DNA of 64,000 nucleotides, taken from Minisyncoccota bacterium (GTDB taxonomy: Bacteria; Patescibacteriota; Minisyncoccia; Phycocordibacterales; SW-6-46-9). The notes beneath the pieces were generated by a model. The model had not been told where the DNA came from, made no database searches, and was given only the letters and a program-made list of their open reading frames with translations. The position numbers and the translations under genes were made by a program. Below, piece after piece: positions 60,375-64,000 of the stretch. Numbering within the stretch: the first letter of the stretch is position 1; each line of letters starts with the position of its first letter. Location: the NCBI GenBank assembly GCA_040905385.1, contig JBBDRP010000002.1, forward strand, positions 226,292 through 290,291, written 5' to 3'.

Positions 60375-62151
60375 TATTAGAAATTTCAGCATAATTGCAC
60401 ATATCGACCACGGTAAGAGCACCCTGGCGGATCGGATGCTGGAGGTGACTGGAACGATTTCTGATCGTGATATGCAGGAGCAGGTGCTGGACCAGATGGA
60501 TCTCGAGCGAGAGCGTGGTATTACCATCAAGATGACACCGGTGACAATGAAGTATGAAGCCAATGGCGCGGCGTATGAGCTGAATCTTATCGATACCCCT
60601 GGTCACGTTGATTTTTCCTACGAAGTCTCACGAGCCATGCGAGCAGTTGAAGGTGCCGTTCTGTTGGTGGATTCGACGCAGGGTATCGAGGCGCAGACAT
60701 TGGCCGTGTTGTCGATTGCTCAGGAGCAGCAGTTGACGATTGTACCAGCGGTAACCAAGATTGATGCCAAGAATGCTCGACCGGAAGAGGTGGCGCTAGA
60801 GCTGGCGGAGCTGCTTTCGGTAGAAATGGATGATATTGCTCGTGTTTCTGGCAAGACCGGTGAGGGAGTCGATGATCTACTGCGCCGTGTGATCCGGAAC
60901 GTGCCGGCTCCGACCCAGCGAGATACAAAAACTTCACAAGGATTAGTTTTTGATTTTGATTACTCATCGCACCGCGGCATTGTGGCGTATACACGTATTT
61001 TCTCTGGTGAGTTCTCTAAAAATAACAAGTTGAAGCTAGTGGCGGCAGACCGTACCTTTATCCCGGCAGAGGTTGGTGTCTTCTCACCGACAGCGGTGCC
61101 CCAGAGGGAGCTCAATGCGGGATCGGTCGGGTACGTGGTAACAGGTATCAAGGAGCCCGGAGTCGTATCTATTGGTGACACAATCACAACGGCTGATGCC
61201 AGTATCGAGCCGTTGGCTGGGTATGATCCGCCACAGCCGGTGGTGTGGGCCAGCGTTTTTCCGGAAAATCAGGATCAGTTCACCTCACTCGAGCAGGCAC
61301 TGGAGCGCCTGCTTTTGACTGATTCATCCCTACAGTACGAACGCGAAAAAAGTGCCGGTCTGGGTCAGGGATTTCGCTGTGGTTTTTTAGGGCGATTGCA
61401 TATGGAGGTTGCTATTGAGCGACTTCGCCGTGACTATAATCTGGATCTTATTACGACTAGCCCGTCGGTAGCCTTTCGGGTGACCACGAATAATGGGGAG
61501 ACCGAGACAATCCGTACGCCGTCACGCTTTCCGCATTATGGCGAGATAAAGGAGATTCAGGAGCCCTGGGTATCGGTTACCATTCGTACGCCCAACGACT
61601 ACATGAGCGACATTATGAGCATTGTGTACGAGCATGAAGGAGAGGTGGTTGATACGCAGTCGGGGCAGTCGGATCGTTTGACGGTGGTGGCCGAGATGCC
61701 GCTACGTGAGCTAATGCGTGGATTTTTTACGGCGCTGAAGCAGTCATCATCGGGATTTGCTTCGCTTTCTTACGAGGTCGTGGCGTACCAGCCAGCCGAG
61801 GTGACGCGTCTGGAGGTCCTGGTGGCCGGCGAGCGGGTACCAGCACTGGCCACTATTGTTTCCAAGCAGCGGGTGGATCGTCAGGCCCGGGAAATCGTTG
61901 AGAAGCTCAAAGACTTACTACCACAGCAGGTAGTATCAGTCCGAATCCAGGCTGAGTCTCAGGGGCGCATAATTGCCTCCGAGACGTTACGAGCGAGTCG
62001 TAAGGATGTAACGGCCGGATTGTACGGTGGTGACTTCTCGCGCAAGAAAAAGAAGCTGAAGGCGCAGCGAGAAGGCAAGAAGAAACTTCAGGATCGCGTT
62101 AGCGTCCGAATTCCGTCCGAGGTGTATATAAAGATGATGCGGGATGACTAG
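60367..62151 (+). CDS. lepA: Elongation factor 4 (LepA)
   Basis: IRNFSIIAHIDHGKSTLADR, ERERGITIK, DTPGHVDF, GFRCGFLG, RKDVTAGLYGGD. Confidence 0.98.
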   Translation: MDNIRNFSIIAHIDHGKSTLADRMLEVTGTISDRDMQEQVLDQMDLERERGITIKMTPVTMKYEANGAAYELNLIDTPGHVDFSYEVSRAMRAVEGAVLLVDSTQGIEAQTLAVLSIAQEQQLTIVPAVTKIDAKNARPEEVALELAELLSVEMDDIARVSGKTGEGVDDLLRRVIRNVPAPTQRDTKTSQGLVFDFDYSSHRGIVAYTRIFSGEFSKNNKLKLVAADRTFIPAEVGVFSPTAVPQRELNAGSVGYVVTGIKEPGVVSIGDTITTADASIEPLAGYDPPQPVVWASVFPENQDQFTSLEQALERLLLTDSSLQYEREKSAGLGQGFRCGFLGRLHMEVAIERLRRDYNLDLITTSPSVAFRVTTNNGETETIRTPSRFPHYGEIKEIQEPWVSVTIRTPNDYMSDIMSIVYEHEGEVVDTQSGQSDRLTVVAEMPLRELMRGFFTALKQSSSGFASLSYEVVAYQPAEVTRLEVLVAGERVPALATIVSKQRVDRQAREIVEKLKDLLPQQVVSVRIQAESQGRIIASETLRASRKDVTAGLYGGDFSRKKKKLKAQREGKKKLQDRVSVRIPSEVYIKMMRDD

Positions 62152-62301
62152 CTCGTTACGCCGGCGATGGGGGTATATAGCAAGATCATTCCCAGAATTA
62201 GTACCACTGTCACTACGATGGTAATAATTCTCAGCATTTTTCTGTTTTCCTTTCCAAACATATATAATGTATAAAGCTAATAAATTCGTAACTTCAGTAT
62301 A

Positions 62302-62679
62302 ATGCCTCGACGCACTACAAACAAATTACAACGGGTGATTTATTCGATTCCTTTTTTGATTTTTCTAACGGTAATGGTGGTTTTGGTAGTTATGGCGGCC
62401 TGGAATATGTATCAGACCAGCTACGGAACCGAGCAACGTCTAGAGCGTCTGCGAGCCGAACACCAGGAACTTCAGCAGCGAGAGGAGATTGTCTCTAATG
62501 ATGCGTTGAACGTATCCACCGAGCGTGGATTGGAGGCTGAGATTCGCGAGAAGTTTTCAGTAGCTGCGGAGGGGGAGCGGGTGATTGTACTGGTTGATGA
62601 TAAGGATCAGCCGGCGACCACGACCGAACCAGAAGCTTCATGGTGGCAGAGGACACTTTCCTCTATCTGGCCATTTTAG
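62302..62679 (+). CDS. Septum formation initiator family (FtsB/DivIC-like)
   Basis: Single TM, coiled coil, GLEAEIREKFSVAAEGERVIVLV. Confidence 0.75.
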   Translation: MPRRTTNKLQRVIYSIPFLIFLTVMVVLVVMAAWNMYQTSYGTEQRLERLRAEHQELQQREEIVSNDALNVSTERGLEAEIREKFSVAAEGERVIVLVDDKDQPATTTEPEASWWQRTLSSIWPF

Positions 62680-62769
62680 AGACGGTCTAAATATGCTATA
62701 ATCCTGTTAATTATTCATCATTAACCGCGGAGTGGAGAAATACCCGGACACACTTCGTTTAATATTTAT

Positions 62770-63015
62770 ATGAAAAAAGTTACCATTTACTCTACACCGA
62801 CATGCCAGTACTGCGAGGCGGCAAAAGAATACATGAAGGAGCACGAGATTGATTACAAAGATTACGATGTATCTTCCGACACCGACCGACGCAAGGAGAT
62901 GATTGAGAAGTCAGGACAGATGGGCGTTCCGGTTATCGTCATTGGTGAGGAGATGATGGTTGGATTTGAGCAGGACAAGTTTGAGGAGTTACTGGCGTCA
63001 CAAAGCGAAGAATAA
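62770..63015 (+). CDS. Glutaredoxin-like protein (NrdH/YruB type)
   Basis: YSTPTCQYC, SGQMGVPVI, VGF. Confidence 0.92.
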   Translation: MKKVTIYSTPTCQYCEAAKEYMKEHEIDYKDYDVSSDTDRRKEMIEKSGQMGVPVIVIGEEMMVGFEQDKFEELLASQSEE

Positions 63016-63217
63016 CTCGTACCCCTGTTTTGCTTCGGCACGAAAAGACGCCCAGCGGGCGTCTTTTCTCATATCTCAGCCTCGCTCCTCCGACACATGT
63101 CGGAGACCATGCTCGCTTGGCTTACGAAGTCCGAACAAAACAGAGTACTCGCTTTATAGTTTCCTACACAAACTACGAATGCGTATAGACTTTTGAAGGG
63201 ACGTGCTGTATTTATTG

Positions 63218-63290
63218 TCTCTCTGCCAGGAGTCGAACCTGAATTTGGTCCTTAGGAGGGACCCGTTCTATCCAGTTGAACTACAGAGAG
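63218..63290 (-). tRNA. tRNA-Arg(CCT)
   Basis: Reverse complement CTCTCTGTAGTTCAACTGGATAGAACGGGTCC-CTCCTAA-GGACCAAATTCAGGTTCGACTCCTGGCAGAGAGA. Confidence 0.95.
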
Positions 63291-63355
63291 ATATCGGCAT
63301 AATAGCATTTTAGCCACAAGATGTACGAATGGTCTATTTTTGCTATACTAGGTCT

Positions 63356-63622
63356 ATGGAAAATAAGGACTTTAAAAATATGGAGCAGAATATGGAACGC
63401 AAGCTTCGCGAGACCAGAGAGCTGGCTGAACGCAACAACGAAATACTGCAAAAGCTGTACCGTTCGATGATGTGGAGCAGAGTTATGTGGGTTCTGTACT
63501 TAGTGATTATTATCGGTATAGCAATCGGAGCCTTTTACTTTCTGGAGCCGTACTGGGACACGGTTATGGAGGCGTATGACAGTGTCCGTGGTCAGATTCA
63601 GTTCTCAACTCCACAGGGATAG
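63356..63622 (+). CDS. Small single-TM hypothetical protein
   Basis: Coiled coil (ELAERNNEILQKL), then a TM segment; ATG follows TGCTATACT. Confidence 0.7.
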   Translation: MENKDFKNMEQNMERKLRETRELAERNNEILQKLYRSMMWSRVMWVLYLVIIIGIAIGAFYFLEPYWDTVMEAYDSVRGQIQFSTPQG

Positions 63623-63735
63623 TCTATAATTGTTTTTGTGCTTTTCTTCAATACGTTAAGCACTGCTTGGCGTATTGACTGAGATTACATTGAAAAAATA
63701 ATCTCAGATGGGTATATTAAAGTAGATCCGTAACA

Positions 63736-63757
63736 ATACGCTGGAGTAGCTCAGGGG
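63736..63757 (+). repeat. Duplicate of tRNA-Phe 5' end (identical to 63919-63940)
   Basis: atacgctggagtagctcagggg occurs twice. Confidence 0.9.
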
Positions 63758-63922
63758 ATAAAACAGCATCTGCTTGCTGTTTTATCCGATCTACCTGCAG
63801 GGTAGAATCGCGTATGTTCCGCCTTTGCGGAACCAGCGATAGGAGGAAGAGCTTGCTCTAGCCCTGTGGAATAAAAAGAATTAGTTTCGTTTCATTGTTT
63901 TGTGGGTTATATTAGTACATAC

Positions 63923-63994
63923 GCTGGAGTAGCTCAGGGGTAGAGCACCTGTTTGAAGCACAGGGTGTCGTCGGTTCGATTCCGGCCTCCAGCA
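63923..63994 (+). tRNA. tRNA-Phe(GAA)
   Basis: Acceptor GCTGGAG/CTCCAGC, anticodon arm CCTGT-TTGAAGC-ACAGG, GGTTCGATTCC. Confidence 0.93.
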
Positions 63995-64000
63995 CAAACG

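Overview
Chromosomal segment of a small-genome bacterium, most likely a Patescibacteria (CPR, Parcubacteria-like) organism from a saline habitat. This is inferred from the gene repertoire, the HTH-TM-fibre giant protein, pilin-like PsbP-repeat proteins, palindromic intergenic repeats and D/E-rich proteins. Bases 1-31 kb hold the end of gatB and a ~29 kb surface-protein island with three giant ORFs: a phage-tail-fibre-like protein with an S74 chaperone, and two DUF2341/LamG/GLUG mosaic proteins. The island also carries a REP-associated Y1 tyrosine transposase with hairpins at the gene junctions and a four-helix-bundle gene. Bases 31-64 kb are mostly housekeeping: a GT4-GH57-GH15 glucan cluster, MFS, rnj, an ABC substrate-binding protein, secG, groES/EL, lemA-htpX, class I and class II ribonucleotide reductases, rnpB, murJ, lepA, a glutaredoxin and three tRNAs. 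Best observations: (1) RNase P RNA whose P3 helix encloses an entire GIY-YIG nuclease ORF, with start and stop codons inside the helix arms; (2) giant adhesins built of near-identical GC-rich scaffold repeats alternating with divergent AT-rich binding domains, suggesting cassette exchange; (3) several families of structured intergenic elements, some with partial duplications of lepA and tRNA genes. All family assignments are by eye; no searches were run.
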